Shown one piece after another: positions 8,661-19,157 of a stretch of DNA of 64,000 nt (the stretch's first letter is position 1; every line of letters begins with the position of its first letter). This DNA comes from Acutalibacteraceae bacterium (GTDB taxonomy: Bacteria; Bacillota; Clostridia; Oscillospirales; Acutalibacteraceae): NCBI GenBank assembly GCA_045535475.1, contig JAZSLR010000074.1, positions 3,989-67,988 of the forward strand, in the 5' to 3' direction. Below the pieces are notes generated by a model. It did no database searches and was not told the origin of the DNA. It saw only the letters and a list, made by a program, of their open reading frames with translations. A program made the translations under genes and the position numbers.

Positions 8661-8941
8661 CAGATTACCTCCTTGCCGAATACCGATATTTCGGCGCACT
8701 CAATCCCCTTTTCCTTTGCCTGCTTGATAAGATAGCGGTAAAGCGCTTTGAGTGACTGTATTTCATAAATTATCGAATCGAGAAGGTCTTCGTTGCATTC
8801 GTTTTCGAAACGGCTGTATGCGCTCTGAAGGCGCTGTGACGTTTCGCGAATCTGCTCAAGAGTGACATCGCGCACGGGCGTAACGGGCTTTCTTATCTTC
8901 TCATAATAAAAAATCTTTGCATTATTAAAATATTTTTCCAT
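8660..8941 (-). CDS. YaaL / DUF2508 family sporulation protein
   Basis: AYSRFE...DLLDSIIYEIQSL..LYRYLIKQAKE motif; ATG 8941 behind GGAGG; coupled to bofA. Confidence 0.8.
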   Translation of the reverse strand: MEKYFNNAKIFYYEKIRKPVTPVRDVTLEQIRETSQRLQSAYSRFENECNEDLLDSIIYEIQSLKALYRYLIKQAKEKGIECAEISVFGKEVI

Positions 8942-8963
8942 AATTTTTCGTCCTCCGATAAAT

Positions 8964-8992
8964 ATTCTATGGAAATTGTTGGACAAATATGA
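8964..8992 (-). promoter_or_regulatory. Putative SigE (mother-cell) promoter of yaaL-bofA
   Basis: Minus strand TCATATT-N14-CATAGAAT, matching the SigE consensus. Confidence 0.65.
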
Positions 8993-9040
8993 TAGAATAA
9001 TACAGATAATATCATTTAATTCCGTTTTGGAGGTTAAATT

Positions 9041-9997
9041 ATGAATTTGTATCCCATAAAACTGCTCCCCTACGTTTCCGAAACCATCTGGGGCGGCAGA
9101 AAACTGATTGAAGAATACGGCGTTGAAACCGAAAAAAGCAATGCCGCCGAAGGCTGGATGCTCTCGTGCCACGATGCAGGCGCAAGCACCGTTGCAAACG
9201 GCTCATTTGCAGGCAAATCATTTGCCGATGTTGTAAAAGAAAATCCCTCACTCTGCGGCAAAAACGCAGAGAATTTTGAGGATTTCCCCATTCTCATCAA
9301 ATTCATCGATGCAATGGATAATCTTTCCGTGCAGGTGCATCCCACAAAAGAATACTGCGAGCTGACGGGCAAGGGTCAGAGCAAGACCGAATGCTGGTAT
9401 ATCATCGACTGCGAAGAGGATGCAGGTCTTATTCTCGGCTTCAAGGATAAGATTTCTCCCGAGGAATTCAAGGCTGCAATCGCAAACAACACTCTCACGG
9501 ATTATGTTGAAACCGTTAAGGTAAAGAAGGGCGATTTCTTCTTTATTGATTCGGGTACGCTTCACGCAATCTGCAAGGGCATTCTTCTTGCCGAGGTACA
9601 GGAAAGCTCAAACACTACTTACAGAATTTATGACTACAACCGTGTCGGTGCCGATGGCAAACCTCGTGAGCTTCACGTTGAGGACGGCGCGGCTGTTACT
9701 AAACTCGAAAAATATTCACAGCCTGATTTCTCGAATCCCGCTCTTGATACGGATGAACGCAGACTGCTTGCAGACTGCCCCCTCTTCAAGGTGTGGAAGC
9801 TTGATATCGACGATGAAATCGGCGGCAGCGCCGGCGAGGATTCTTTTGTTTCGCTTCTTATTATGGACGGCGAAGGCACTCTTGAATCCTGCGGCGAAAC
9901 TCTTTCGCTCAAAAAGGGCGACAGCATATTCATCCCTGCAAATGCAGGCGATTACAAGCTCTCGGGCAAACTTGAAATAATAGAAACAAGAATTTAA
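9041..9997 (+). CDS. manA: Mannose-6-phosphate isomerase, class I
   Basis: IWGG, FPILIKFIDA..LSVQVHP, KTECWY, GTLHAI, EVQESSNTTYRIYDY, RELH. Confidence 0.92.
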   Translation: MNLYPIKLLPYVSETIWGGRKLIEEYGVETEKSNAAEGWMLSCHDAGASTVANGSFAGKSFADVVKENPSLCGKNAENFEDFPILIKFIDAMDNLSVQVHPTKEYCELTGKGQSKTECWYIIDCEEDAGLILGFKDKISPEEFKAAIANNTLTDYVETVKVKKGDFFFIDSGTLHAICKGILLAEVQESSNTTYRIYDYNRVGADGKPRELHVEDGAAVTKLEKYSQPDFSNPALDTDERRLLADCPLFKVWKLDIDDEIGGSAGEDSFVSLLIMDGEGTLESCGETLSLKKGDSIFIPANAGDYKLSGKLEIIETRI

Positions 9998-10006
9998 GGA
10001 TACAAA

Positions 10007-11923
10007 ATGGCAGTTGTCAGTGTACAGAATTTAAAAGTTGATTTCGGCGGCAAGGTGCTGTTTGAAAATGTTTCGTTTGACGTCAATCCCGGTGAATTCG
10101 TTGGACTCATCGGCGCAAACGGAACCGGTAAAACCACGCTTTTTAAGGTTATAACGGGCGAGGTTGAGCCCACCGAGGGCGGAGCGTTTGTCGGCAGAAA
10201 TGTTAAGGTCGGCTATCTTGAACAGCACGCTTGCCACGGCTCTGTGAGAACGGTTTATGACGAGGCACTCAGCGTTTTCGAGCCGCTTATGCAGATGGAG
10301 GCGGAGCTTGAGGACATCGCCGCCGCAATAGATAATCACGAGGGCGACCGTGATGAGCTTATTGAAAGACAGACCCATCTCAATGAGGTTTTTCAGGAGA
10401 AAGATGGACTTACCTTCAGAAGCCGCACGCGCTCGGCTCTCATCGGTCTCGGCTTCAACGAAAATGATTTTTACCTTTCGTGCGATAAGCTCAGCGGCGG
10501 TCAGCGCTCAAAGCTGAGTATGTGCAAGCTCCTTCTGAGCGGTTCGGATCTGCTTCTGCTCGACGAGCCGACAAACCACCTTGACATCGCAGGCACGGAA
10601 TGGCTTGAAAACTATCTTTCCACCTTCAGAGGAACAATAATCGTCATTTCCCACGACCGTTATTTTCTCGACAGAATAACCACCAAAACCGTTGAGCTTT
10701 CCCACGGTAAATGTCATTGCTCAAAAGGTAATTATACAGAATATCTGAAACTCAAAGAGGAACGTCTTGAAAGCGAACGCAGGGCATATGAAAATCAGCT
10801 TGCGGAAATCAAACGCATTGAGGGAATCATTGAGCAGCAGCGTTCTTTTGCAAGAGAACGCAATTTTATAACCGCCGAAAGCAAACGCAAGATGCTTGAA
10901 AAAAAGAAGGCGGAGCTTGTTGTTCCCGACCCTCCTCTTTCAAAAATGAGAATGAAATTCACTCCCGTATGCGAAACGGGCAACGATGTGCTGAATGTCA
11001 GCGGACTTTCGAAATCCTTCGGTCTGAAAAGACTTTTTGCGAATGCGGATATGGAAGTTTTCAAGGATGAGCGTGTTTTTGTGCTGGGTACAAACGGATG
11101 CGGTAAAACAACGCTTCTTCGCATTCTCACAAAGCAGCAATCCGCCGATGAAGGTACATTCAGCTTCGGCTCAAACGTTAAAATCGGCTATTTCGACCAG
11201 AGCCTTGAAAGTCTGAGAGGCGGAAAAACCGTTATTGATGAAATATGGGACGAGCACCGTCTGTTTACCGAAACAACCGTACGCAGCTATCTTGCCCTCT
11301 TCCTTTTCAGAGGCGACGATGTTTTCAAGAATGTCGATAACCTCAGCGGCGGCGAAAAAGCGAAGCTCTGCCTTCTGAAGCTGATGCTTTCGGGCGCAAA
11401 CGTGCTCCTTCTCGACGAGCCGACCAACCATCTTGACATTCCGTCAAGAGAAGTGCTTGAAGCTGCTCTCGAGGACTTTGACGGCACGATAATCGCAGTT
11501 TCGCACGACAGATATTTTATCAACAAGCTTTCAACCAAGATTTACAGAATGACCGAAAACGGCTTTGAAAAGTTTGACGGCGACTATAACGCTTACGCGG
11601 GAATTGCTCTTGCACAGGCCAAAGAAAAGCCGAAAAAAGCCGAAAACAAGGTCAATTTATATAAGCTGCGCAAAGAACGTGACAGCGAAATGAACCGCCT
11701 CAAAGGTAAAATAAAACGTACCGAAGAGGAAATCGACCGACTCGACGGCGAGATTACTGAAATCAACGGTATTCTTTCATCTCCCGAATCGGCGGCAGAC
11801 TACGAAAAAATAATCGAACTCACTCGAAAACTCGAAGAGCTTACAGAAACCCAACTCGGAATTATGGACGAGTGGGAACAAATGAATTCAAGACTCACCG
11901 AGCTTGAAGAAACGGAGGTTTAA
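10007..11923 (+). CDS. ABC-F family ATP-binding protein (ribosome-associated)
   Basis: Two ABC cassettes (GANGTGKTT and GTNGCGKTT; LSGG; LLLDEPTNHLD; SHDRYF), no TM segments, C-terminal coiled coil. Confidence 0.92.
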   Translation: MAVVSVQNLKVDFGGKVLFENVSFDVNPGEFVGLIGANGTGKTTLFKVITGEVEPTEGGAFVGRNVKVGYLEQHACHGSVRTVYDEALSVFEPLMQMEAELEDIAAAIDNHEGDRDELIERQTHLNEVFQEKDGLTFRSRTRSALIGLGFNENDFYLSCDKLSGGQRSKLSMCKLLLSGSDLLLLDEPTNHLDIAGTEWLENYLSTFRGTIIVISHDRYFLDRITTKTVELSHGKCHCSKGNYTEYLKLKEERLESERRAYENQLAEIKRIEGIIEQQRSFARERNFITAESKRKMLEKKKAELVVPDPPLSKMRMKFTPVCETGNDVLNVSGLSKSFGLKRLFANADMEVFKDERVFVLGTNGCGKTTLLRILTKQQSADEGTFSFGSNVKIGYFDQSLESLRGGKTVIDEIWDEHRLFTETTVRSYLALFLFRGDDVFKNVDNLSGGEKAKLCLLKLMLSGANVLLLDEPTNHLDIPSREVLEAALEDFDGTIIAVSHDRYFINKLSTKIYRMTENGFEKFDGDYNAYAGIALAQAKEKPKKAENKVNLYKLRKERDSEMNRLKGKIKRTEEEIDRLDGEITEINGILSSPESAADYEKIIELTRKLEELTETQLGIMDEWEQMNSRLTELEETEV

Positions 11924-11925
11924 CC

Positions 11926-14106
11926 GTGACACACGAACAGATTTTCAAAAATGCAAAATGGATTGAATGCAGCGGCAGCGATGCCCCGATTTTCAGAAAG
12001 ACATTCAATGCGGTCAAGGGCGAAAAAGCGGAAATCATCATCTGCGGACTCGGATTTTTCAAGCTTTTCATCAACGGCAAAAAGGTAAGCGATGATTTGC
12101 TTGTGCCCAATGCAACCTGCTACAGCGAGCGCGACCTTCACAAGCTTGTTTTCCCTCTTGATGATGAGTTTTCATTCAGAATCTACGCTATGAAATATGA
12201 TGTTACCGATTACCTCTGCGACGGAGAAAACACTCTTGCGGTTATGCTCGGAAACGGATATTACAACCAGAATGTGCGTATGGCAGAGGGTGATGTTGTT
12301 TTCGGCACACCGAAGCTTTGTTTTATCCTTGAAAAGGACAGCGGAAACGTTATCAGTGACGAATCAACTCTCTCCCACAAAGGTTTCATTACATTCAACA
12401 ATCTCTATCACGGCGAAAAACACGACTACACTCTTTATCCCGATGATTTTATGCTCAATTCATTCATCGGTGAAGGATTTTCGGCAAGTACGGTTATTCC
12501 CGCACCAGAAAGTGAATTCTATATTCAGTTCTCGCCTGCCGACAAGGTAATCAGAACATTAACACCCGTTCTTTTAAAGGATGAGGGTGAAACAAAGCTT
12601 TACGATGCAGGTGAAAACACCGTCGGCTATGCGGTATTCAAGTGCAAAGAAAAGGGCAAAACGATAAAAGTCAATTACGCAGAAGAAATTTATGACGAAA
12701 GGCATTATTTCGGCATTCATTTTGATGAAGGATATCAGGAGGAGCAGTTTATCACAGACGGCACAGACCATGAATATATCCCTCACTTCACCTGGCACGG
12801 ATTCAGATATTTCAGAGTCACCGCCGATGTTGAACCGATAAGAATTGACGTTGTTCACTCCGACTGCCCCGTAACATCATCATTTGAAAGCGACAACGAA
12901 AACCTCAACTGGCTTTACGATGCATATATCAGAACTCAGCTTGCAAATATGCATTGCGGCGTTCCCTCGGACTGCCCTCACAGAGAAAGACTCGGCTACA
13001 CCGGCGACGGTATGCTTTGCGCCGAAACCGCAATGATGCTTCTCGATTCCCGTGAATTCTACCGCAAGTGGCTGTATGATGTTTCCGACAGCCAGTGCAA
13101 AAAAACCGGTCATGTCCCCCACACCGCACCTCTTATGGGAGGCGGCGGCGGTCCTGCCGGCTGGGGCGGTGCAATGATTGAGGTTCCGTATAAATTCTAT
13201 AAAATGTACGGTGACAAAGCTCTTCTCGAAGAATTTTTCCCGAAGATGATGAAATTCCTCGATTATCTTGAAAGCCGCAGTGAAAACGGTCTTGTGTGGC
13301 GTGAAGAAGATGACGGCTGGTGCCTGGGCGATTGGTGTTCACCTGCACCTATGGGCCTTCCCGAGACATTCGTAAACACCGCTCTTTACATCAGATTTAT
13401 GAACCAGATGATTGAAGTCGGTGAAATTCTCGGAAAATCCAATGAAACCGAACATCTCAAAGAGCGAATCGAAAGAAGCTCACACTCACTTAAAATCGCA
13501 TATTATAATCCCTGGAATCACCATTATTGCGGCAACACTCAAGGTGCATCCGCTCTCGCTTTCAGCGCAGGTCTTGCCGATGAAGACAGTAAGAACCGAC
13601 TGATTGGCAAATATAAGCACCTCGGAATGTTTGATACGGGCATTTTTGCCACCGAAGCTCTCATCGGTTATCTTTTTGAAGTCGGTGAAAATCAGCTTGC
13701 CTTTGAGCTGCTTGCAAATGACAAAGAAGTTTCCTTCGGCAATATGAAAAAAAGCGGCGCAACAACTATTTGGGAAAACTGGAACGGTCAGGATTCGAGA
13801 AACCATCCGATGTTCGGCGCAGTTACAAAATATATCTTTATGTATCTTCTCGGCATCCGTCAGTCAAAAGGAAACGTTGCATATAAGGATGTTGTTATCT
13901 CTCCCTGCTTTGTTGACGGTATGAACGAAGCAAAAGGTCACATCTCAACCGAGAGCGGCGTTATCCGTGTTGAATATAAAAAAGACGGCAAAAAAGCCGT
14001 TGTGAAAGCATATGTCGAAGATGGAATCAACGCTGTTTTTGAATACGGCAACGAAAAAATTCCGTTCAGCGGTGAAAGAGAATTCGAAATTGATTTAGGA
14101 GAATAA
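11926..14106 (+). CDS. Glycoside hydrolase family 78 (alpha-L-rhamnosidase-like)
   Basis: FTWHGFRY, VPSDCPHRERLGYTGD, LGDW, GATTIWENW, SRNHPMFG. Confidence 0.9.
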   Translation: MTHEQIFKNAKWIECSGSDAPIFRKTFNAVKGEKAEIIICGLGFFKLFINGKKVSDDLLVPNATCYSERDLHKLVFPLDDEFSFRIYAMKYDVTDYLCDGENTLAVMLGNGYYNQNVRMAEGDVVFGTPKLCFILEKDSGNVISDESTLSHKGFITFNNLYHGEKHDYTLYPDDFMLNSFIGEGFSASTVIPAPESEFYIQFSPADKVIRTLTPVLLKDEGETKLYDAGENTVGYAVFKCKEKGKTIKVNYAEEIYDERHYFGIHFDEGYQEEQFITDGTDHEYIPHFTWHGFRYFRVTADVEPIRIDVVHSDCPVTSSFESDNENLNWLYDAYIRTQLANMHCGVPSDCPHRERLGYTGDGMLCAETAMMLLDSREFYRKWLYDVSDSQCKKTGHVPHTAPLMGGGGGPAGWGGAMIEVPYKFYKMYGDKALLEEFFPKMMKFLDYLESRSENGLVWREEDDGWCLGDWCSPAPMGLPETFVNTALYIRFMNQMIEVGEILGKSNETEHLKERIERSSHSLKIAYYNPWNHHYCGNTQGASALAFSAGLADEDSKNRLIGKYKHLGMFDTGIFATEALIGYLFEVGENQLAFELLANDKEVSFGNMKKSGATTIWENWNGQDSRNHPMFGAVTKYIFMYLLGIRQSKGNVAYKDVVISPCFVDGMNEAKGHISTESGVIRVEYKKDGKKAVVKAYVEDGINAVFEYGNEKIPFSGEREFEIDLGE

Positions 14107-14108
14107 TT

Positions 14109-14672
14109 ATGGTTACAGTTAAAAATTACGAGCCCAAATATTTTGAGGATGTGCGTCAGGTGTGCATAAACACAGGCCCCGATTCCGCTGCAACAGACCC
14201 GAATATGAGAGATTTCATTCTCTTCACCTTCTGCGACTATTACTGCGAGCAGGAGCCTGAAAATGCTTTTGTGCTCGTTGACGAAAACGATGTTGCCCAG
14301 GGTTATGTTTTTGGTGCAAGGGATTTCAAAACATATATCAAAAATATGAAGCCCTATCTTGCAAAGGTCAAGAAGACCGGCAGAAGAAATTATATGGATG
14401 CAATCGCCGAAATTCTCGGTCACGCCGTTTATTCCTTCAGATATCCCGCACATCTCCACATTGATATCAACGAGCCTTTCAGAGGCAACGGTAACGGCTC
14501 AAAAATGATAACTACCCTCACCGACCATATGAAGAATGATATGGGAGTCAAATCCATTATGCTAATCGTCGGCTCAAGTAACACAAGAGGAATCAATTTC
14601 TACAAAAAAAACGGCTTCAAAATCATCCGCGCATTCAAGAATACCGGCACTGTTATGGCAAAGGAGCTTTAA
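14109..14672 (+). CDS. GNAT family N-acetyltransferase
   Basis: YPAHLHIDI..FRGNGNG; N.RGINFYKKNGF. Confidence 0.85.
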   Translation: MVTVKNYEPKYFEDVRQVCINTGPDSAATDPNMRDFILFTFCDYYCEQEPENAFVLVDENDVAQGYVFGARDFKTYIKNMKPYLAKVKKTGRRNYMDAIAEILGHAVYSFRYPAHLHIDINEPFRGNGNGSKMITTLTDHMKNDMGVKSIMLIVGSSNTRGINFYKKNGFKIIRAFKNTGTVMAKEL

Positions 14673-14675
14673 TCT

Positions 14676-15647
14676 ATGCGTTACGGAGTTATAGGAACGG
14701 GCTGGATTGCAAAATCATTCATTGACGGTGCAAGAATGCTCTGTGACGCGGAGTTTTCTGCCGTGTATTCAAGAACAAGCGAAAGCGGAAGCAAGTTTGC
14801 ATCGGAGAACAGCATTCCCGAGGTTTTTACGGATATAAACGAATTTGCAAACGGCGATTTTGACGCTGTATATATTGCAAGTCCGAACCGCCTGCATTTT
14901 GAGCAGTCAAAGCTGATGCTTGAAAGCGGAAAGCACGTCATCTGTGAAAAGCCGATAACCGTTGAACCCGAGGAGCTTTCTCAATTGCAGATCCTCGCAA
15001 AGAAAAACGGACTTATTTACATTGAAGCGATAATGTATATGTTTAACCCCGCAAGGGAGCTTTTAAAGGATGCGATTACAAAGATCGGCAGAATAACAAG
15101 CGTTCACTTCGATTTTTCTCAGCTTTCATCAAAATATCCTGCCTATCTTGCGGGCAGTCTGCCCAACATTTTCAACCCCGCCCTTGCAACGGGCTGTCTT
15201 ATGGATCTGGGAATTTACTGTGTATATCCCACCCTTGATTTATTCGGTCTGCCCGAAAAAATAACCGCCTGCGCCCACTTTATGGAAAGCGGCGCTGACG
15301 GAAGCGGAAATGCGGCGTTTCTCTACCCCGACAAGCTCGTTAATCTCACTTATTCAAAGCTCGGTCAGGACAGACTCGGTTCGCAGATTTTCGGCGACGA
15401 GGGCACAATCACCGTTGAATCAATCTCAAAGCTCACAAATATGAAACTGATTGATAATAAGGGCAACACAACCGAAATCATCGGCGATGTGTTAAAAGAA
15501 AAGCTTATGGGATATGAAGCGGAGGCTTTCGAACGATTCATCAAAAATTCCGATGACCCGTATTATCAGACGGTCTGCGAAAGAGGCTTGCAGGTCAGCA
15601 AAGCAATGAAAGATATCAGAGATTTGAGCGGAATAAAGTTCGGATAA
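14676..15647 (+). CDS. Gfo/Idh/MocA family oxidoreductase
   Basis: GVIGTGWIA, VYIASPN..H, HVICEKP, G.LMDLGIY. Confidence 0.9.
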   Translation: MRYGVIGTGWIAKSFIDGARMLCDAEFSAVYSRTSESGSKFASENSIPEVFTDINEFANGDFDAVYIASPNRLHFEQSKLMLESGKHVICEKPITVEPEELSQLQILAKKNGLIYIEAIMYMFNPARELLKDAITKIGRITSVHFDFSQLSSKYPAYLAGSLPNIFNPALATGCLMDLGIYCVYPTLDLFGLPEKITACAHFMESGADGSGNAAFLYPDKLVNLTYSKLGQDRLGSQIFGDEGTITVESISKLTNMKLIDNKGNTTEIIGDVLKEKLMGYEAEAFERFIKNSDDPYYQTVCERGLQVSKAMKDIRDLSGIKFG

Positions 15648-15654
15648 ATAACAA

Positions 15655-15691
15655 AACCGACTGCGGCAATCAAGCTGCAGTCGGTAATTTT
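15655..15691. terminator. Terminator between convergent genes
   Basis: ACCGACTGC...GCAGTCGGT stem. Confidence 0.7.
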
Positions 15692-16452
15692 TATGCCTTA
15701 ACGGTTTCTTTTTCTTCCGCCTTTTCTTCCTTCTCTTCGGGAGGAATTTCAACGGGCTGAAGTGAAACAATGAGGTTGGTTATTGAAGATGCAAGGTAGG
15801 TTGCGGCGCTGACGAAGATTCCCCAGCTCGGTCCGCACTGAATTGCTTCCGCAAGGGTGCTTGCCTGAATCATACCCGAAAAATCATAGAAACAGAAAGC
15901 ACTTGCAAGCATACAAAGGCTTGCAAAAAGATTCGTCAAAAACAGACCCTTGCTGTTGAACTTCTTGAAGTTGAGCAGAAGGAATCCGAGGCTCACAAGC
16001 AGCGAAAGAGCTGCAACAAGCACAAATACGATTGAAAGCATAAATCTGAGGGATGCATCGCCGATTACGGCAGAGCCGGCTGCTTTGAAAATACCGAGGA
16101 TATCAAAATTAAGAAGATTAAGAACCATTGTTACGGCATTGATTGTTATCTTTTCATCGCAGAACGGAATTGAAACCGCCATTGTGCCTAAAGGAAGAAG
16201 AAATGAGAAAAGAGGAAGTACGCTGATGGGGATTCTTGCGATTCTCAGCTTTGTGCCGACAAATGAATACTTGAACTTTCTCATAGTTTCGTGAAGCTTT
16301 GCAAAAGCCGCTTCCGCTTCAATCGAATCCTGCTCAAGTCTGTTTTCCCAATCATAGTTAGCGATGTTAACACCGCAATCGGGGCACTCTGCCTTGACAT
16401 TCCATATATGAAGTTTACGGTTACACTTAGGACACTTTGCCATAAGATTCAC
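15691..16452 (-). CDS. Hypothetical membrane protein with N-terminal zinc ribbon
   Basis: CPKC-x12-CPDC followed by about 4-5 hydrophobic helices and a charged tail. Confidence 0.75.
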   Translation of the reverse strand: MNLMAKCPKCNRKLHIWNVKAECPDCGVNIANYDWENRLEQDSIEAEAAFAKLHETMRKFKYSFVGTKLRIARIPISVLPLFSFLLPLGTMAVSIPFCDEKITINAVTMVLNLLNFDILGIFKAAGSAVIGDASLRFMLSIVFVLVAALSLLVSLGFLLLNFKKFNSKGLFLTNLFASLCMLASAFCFYDFSGMIQASTLAEAIQCGPSWGIFVSAATYLASSITNLIVSLQPVEIPPEEKEEKAEEKETVKA

Positions 16453-16508
16453 ACCTTCTCTTACATTAATATTTTCATTCTATATGCAAACGCTGTTTGT
16501 GTCAACAA

Positions 16509-17198
16509 TTATTTTTGACCGTAATATGCATTTGAGCCGTGTTTTCTGTAATAGTGCTTCTTGAGAATATGCTCGTTTGCAGGCTCGGCATCAAGGGTTC
16601 TGCTCAGATATGACATCTTTGCAACCTCTTCAAGAATTGCCGAATTCTTTGCGGCGTCACAGCCGTCCTTGCCCCAAGTGAAGGGTCCGTGAGAGCGGAC
16701 AAGCACTGCGGGCACGGCATTGTAATCAATCTCTCTTGTTCCGAAGCATTCGGCAATAACCTTGCCCGTATTAAGCTCATATTCACCTTCGATTTCTTCC
16801 TTCGTGAGATCTCTTGTGCAGGGAACGCTGCCGAAAGCAAAATCGGCGTGAGTAGTGCCGTAGCAGGGGATGTCGCTTGCCGCCTGAGCAAATGAAACGG
16901 CGAAAGTTGAGTGAGTATGGGCAACGCCGCCGATTTCCGGAAATCTGCGATAAAGCTCAAGATGAGTGGGTGTATCGGACGAGGGATTAAGCTTGCCTTC
17001 AACCTTTTCACCGTCAAGATTCATAACAACCATATCCTCGGGTTTCATCGTTTCATAGCTGACACCCGAAGGCTTTATCACAACAAGACCCGTTTCTTTA
17101 TCAATTTCCGAAACATTTCCCCAGGTGAAAAGCACAAGCTTATATTCAACGAGTTTAAGGTTTGCCTCATACACTTTTTGTTTAAGGTTTTCAAGCAT
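16509..17198 (-). CDS. araD: L-ribulose-5-phosphate 4-epimerase
   Basis: [49 protein letters not shown]. Confidence 0.93.
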   Translation of the reverse strand: MLENLKQKVYEANLKLVEYKLVLFTWGNVSEIDKETGLVVIKPSGVSYETMKPEDMVVMNLDGEKVEGKLNPSSDTPTHLELYRRFPEIGGVAHTHSTFAVSFAQAASDIPCYGTTHADFAFGSVPCTRDLTKEEIEGEYELNTGKVIAECFGTREIDYNAVPAVLVRSHGPFTWGKDGCDAAKNSAILEEVAKMSYLSRTLDAEPANEHILKKHYYRKHGSNAYYGQK

Positions 17199-17200
17199 TT

Positions 17201-17758
17201 TTATTCACCTGCAAATAATGAAGTTACAACGGTAGCATAGACGTGCGACGGGTCTTTAAGGAAATTGTGCTTGATTTTTTCAGCCTGCTCGAGGTCGGCG
17301 GCATAGACCGTAAGCTCCATAAGAATATCATCTTTATGAACTACTCTGAATGTGACGTTGCAGCCGCCTTCCGTCTTTTTGATTTCAACAGTATTTTCTC
17401 TCTCTCTCTTTTCGAGAAGCTGAAGATAAATCACGTCCGCAAGAGCAGTTTCCTTAACCGACCTCGGAAGCTCCTTTGAAAGCTCGTTAACCGAAAGCGC
17501 ACCCTTCGGAGTGAGATACACAAATCCGTCGGCTTCCGAAAGATTGCCGTTATCAAGAAGCTCATCAAAAGCCTGAATAACTTCAAAATAGTTTGCAAGT
17601 CCGTGAAGCTGCAGAGCCTCGGTAATCATACTGCTCTTGATCGGGTCGTTAAGCTTGCTGATAACAAAGGTTATAAGAATTTTTATCTGTGTTGTGTTGC
17701 GAAGTCCGCCGGGCTCAACTCCGTCGGTAAAAGCATTGAAATCATTATCCATTGACAT
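17201..17758 (-). CDS. DUF4364 family protein (winged-helix-like)
   Basis: GGLR..QIKILI, L.NYFE, LTPKG..., [21 protein letters not shown]. Confidence 0.7.
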   Translation of the reverse strand: MSMDNDFNAFTDGVEPGGLRNTTQIKILITFVISKLNDPIKSSMITEALQLHGLANYFEVIQAFDELLDNGNLSEADGFVYLTPKGALSVNELSKELPRSVKETALADVIYLQLLEKRERENTVEIKKTEGGCNVTFRVVHKDDILMELTVYAADLEQAEKIKHNFLKDPSHVYATVVTSLFAGE

Positions 17759-19157
17759 TTGCATTCTCCCTGCGTTCGGCAAGCTCTTTGATAATTTTAT
17801 CTTTCTTCTTGCCGGTGTAATCATTGAAGAACATCGGAATTGCGCAAAGCACAAGGCTTATTGCAGGAATAATTGTTATCATTATAAACATACCCCTGAG
17901 AGTTTCGTCGGGCTGAGCCTGAGCAAGCTCAATTGTTACACCGAAATCATTCTTTGCTTTGATGGGTTCAACATAATTGTAAGCATCAAGCACAAAGCTT
18001 GTGATAAGAGTTGAAATGCCTGCCGTAAGCTTGCTGATGAAGGTCTGCGATGCAAAGCAAGCGCCCTCTGAACGTCTGCCGGTTTTCCATTCGAGATAGT
18101 CAACGCTGTCGCCGACCATTGCGTAGGTTATAACGTTGAAAATTCCCAGAGGAAGACCAACAACTGCGAGAACAACAAGAAGTGCGTAGAAATTGCTGTA
18201 GCCCATAAAATAGAGCACCATATGAATAGCCGCTCCGAAAAGAGCAGAGCCGATATAAATCTGCTTTAACGAAAGCTTTTTGCGAAGCATAGGCATTACC
18301 AGCATAGCAATCATCATACCCGCACCGATTGCAACCGTCATAACAACCTGAACCGAGCCGTGAGGAACGATGCCCGAATCCTGAATGAGGTATGTTGCAA
18401 TATATGAACCGGAGGTCTGTGCCATAAGCATCGCCGAGCCGAGAATGCTTGCAGCAATAAGAAGAAGCAGGGGTTTATTCTGGGTGTAAGCCGAAATAAC
18501 CTCTTTCACGCTCACCTTATCCTTAGGAGGCTGTTCAACCTTCTCCTTTGTGCCGAAGAAAGCAAGAAGAGAAATCATAGAGCCTGTAATGCCGAAAATA
18601 AGACCGCCCACAAAATATCCCTTTGTGATGCCGAGAGATGATGTGCGGAGCACGGGAATAAGAACCGTGGGAAGAATTCCGCCGATGGTGCTGCCTATTC
18701 TCGCAATTGAAAGGAACTTGTTACGTTCGTTTTCAAGAGGAGTAACAACAGCGCTCAGACCCCAGAACGGAACGTCCTGAATTGTGAAGCAAATACCCCA
18801 GATTATGTAAGTGATTGCGGCATAAGCAAGCTTTGCGCCATAGCTCTGAAAAGCAGGAACAGTAAAAAGTGCTATGGTTGAAGCCATAATAAGGAAGGGT
18901 GAAAAAAGAAGATAGGGGCGAAGCTTGCCGAACTTGGTTTTTGTTCTGTCAGCAATCATACCCATTATGGGATCATTGGCAGCGTCAAAAATTCTTGCAC
19001 CGAAGATAATCCATCCTGCGTGCGTTGCCTGAATTCCCGCCGCATCCGTATAGAAAATCAGCAGATAGGTTGACATCAGGGTATATATCATACTTCTGCC
19101 AAAGGCTGACGTTGCAAACGAAGCTATTTCGCTCGTTTTGAGATATTTCTTTTCCAT
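17745..19157 (-). CDS. GPH family glycoside-pentoside-hexuronide:cation symporter
   Basis: RIFDAANDPIMG.IADRTKTKFGKLRPYL; D.VDYLEWKTGRRSEG. Confidence 0.9.
   Translation of the reverse strand: MEKKYLKTSEIASFATSAFGRSMIYTLMSTYLLIFYTDAAGIQATHAGWIIFGARIFDAANDPIMGMIADRTKTKFGKLRPYLLFSPFLIMASTIALFTVPAFQSYGAKLAYAAITYIIWGICFTIQDVPFWGLSAVVTPLENERNKFLSIARIGSTIGGILPTVLIPVLRTSSLGITKGYFVGGLIFGITGSMISLLAFFGTKEKVEQPPKDKVSVKEVISAYTQNKPLLLLIAASILGSAMLMAQTSGSYIATYLIQDSGIVPHGSVQVVMTVAIGAGMMIAMLVMPMLRKKLSLKQIYIGSALFGAAIHMVLYFMGYSNFYALLVVLAVVGLPLGIFNVITYAMVGDSVDYLEWKTGRRSEGACFASQTFISKLTAGISTLITSFVLDAYNYVEPIKAKNDFGVTIELAQAQPDETLRGMFIMITIIPAISLVLCAIPMFFNDYTGKKKDKIIKELAERRENANVNG

Noticed and set aside
10007-11923. 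ABC-F as an antibiotic-resistance (ARE) determinant
   Set aside because: Housekeeping-type architecture with C-terminal coiled coil, no leader attenuator or mobile context; subfamily cannot be assigned by eye
14676-15647. Gfo/Idh/MocA protein as inositol dehydrogenase IolG
   Set aside because: Only generic family motifs, and it is not adjacent to iol genes
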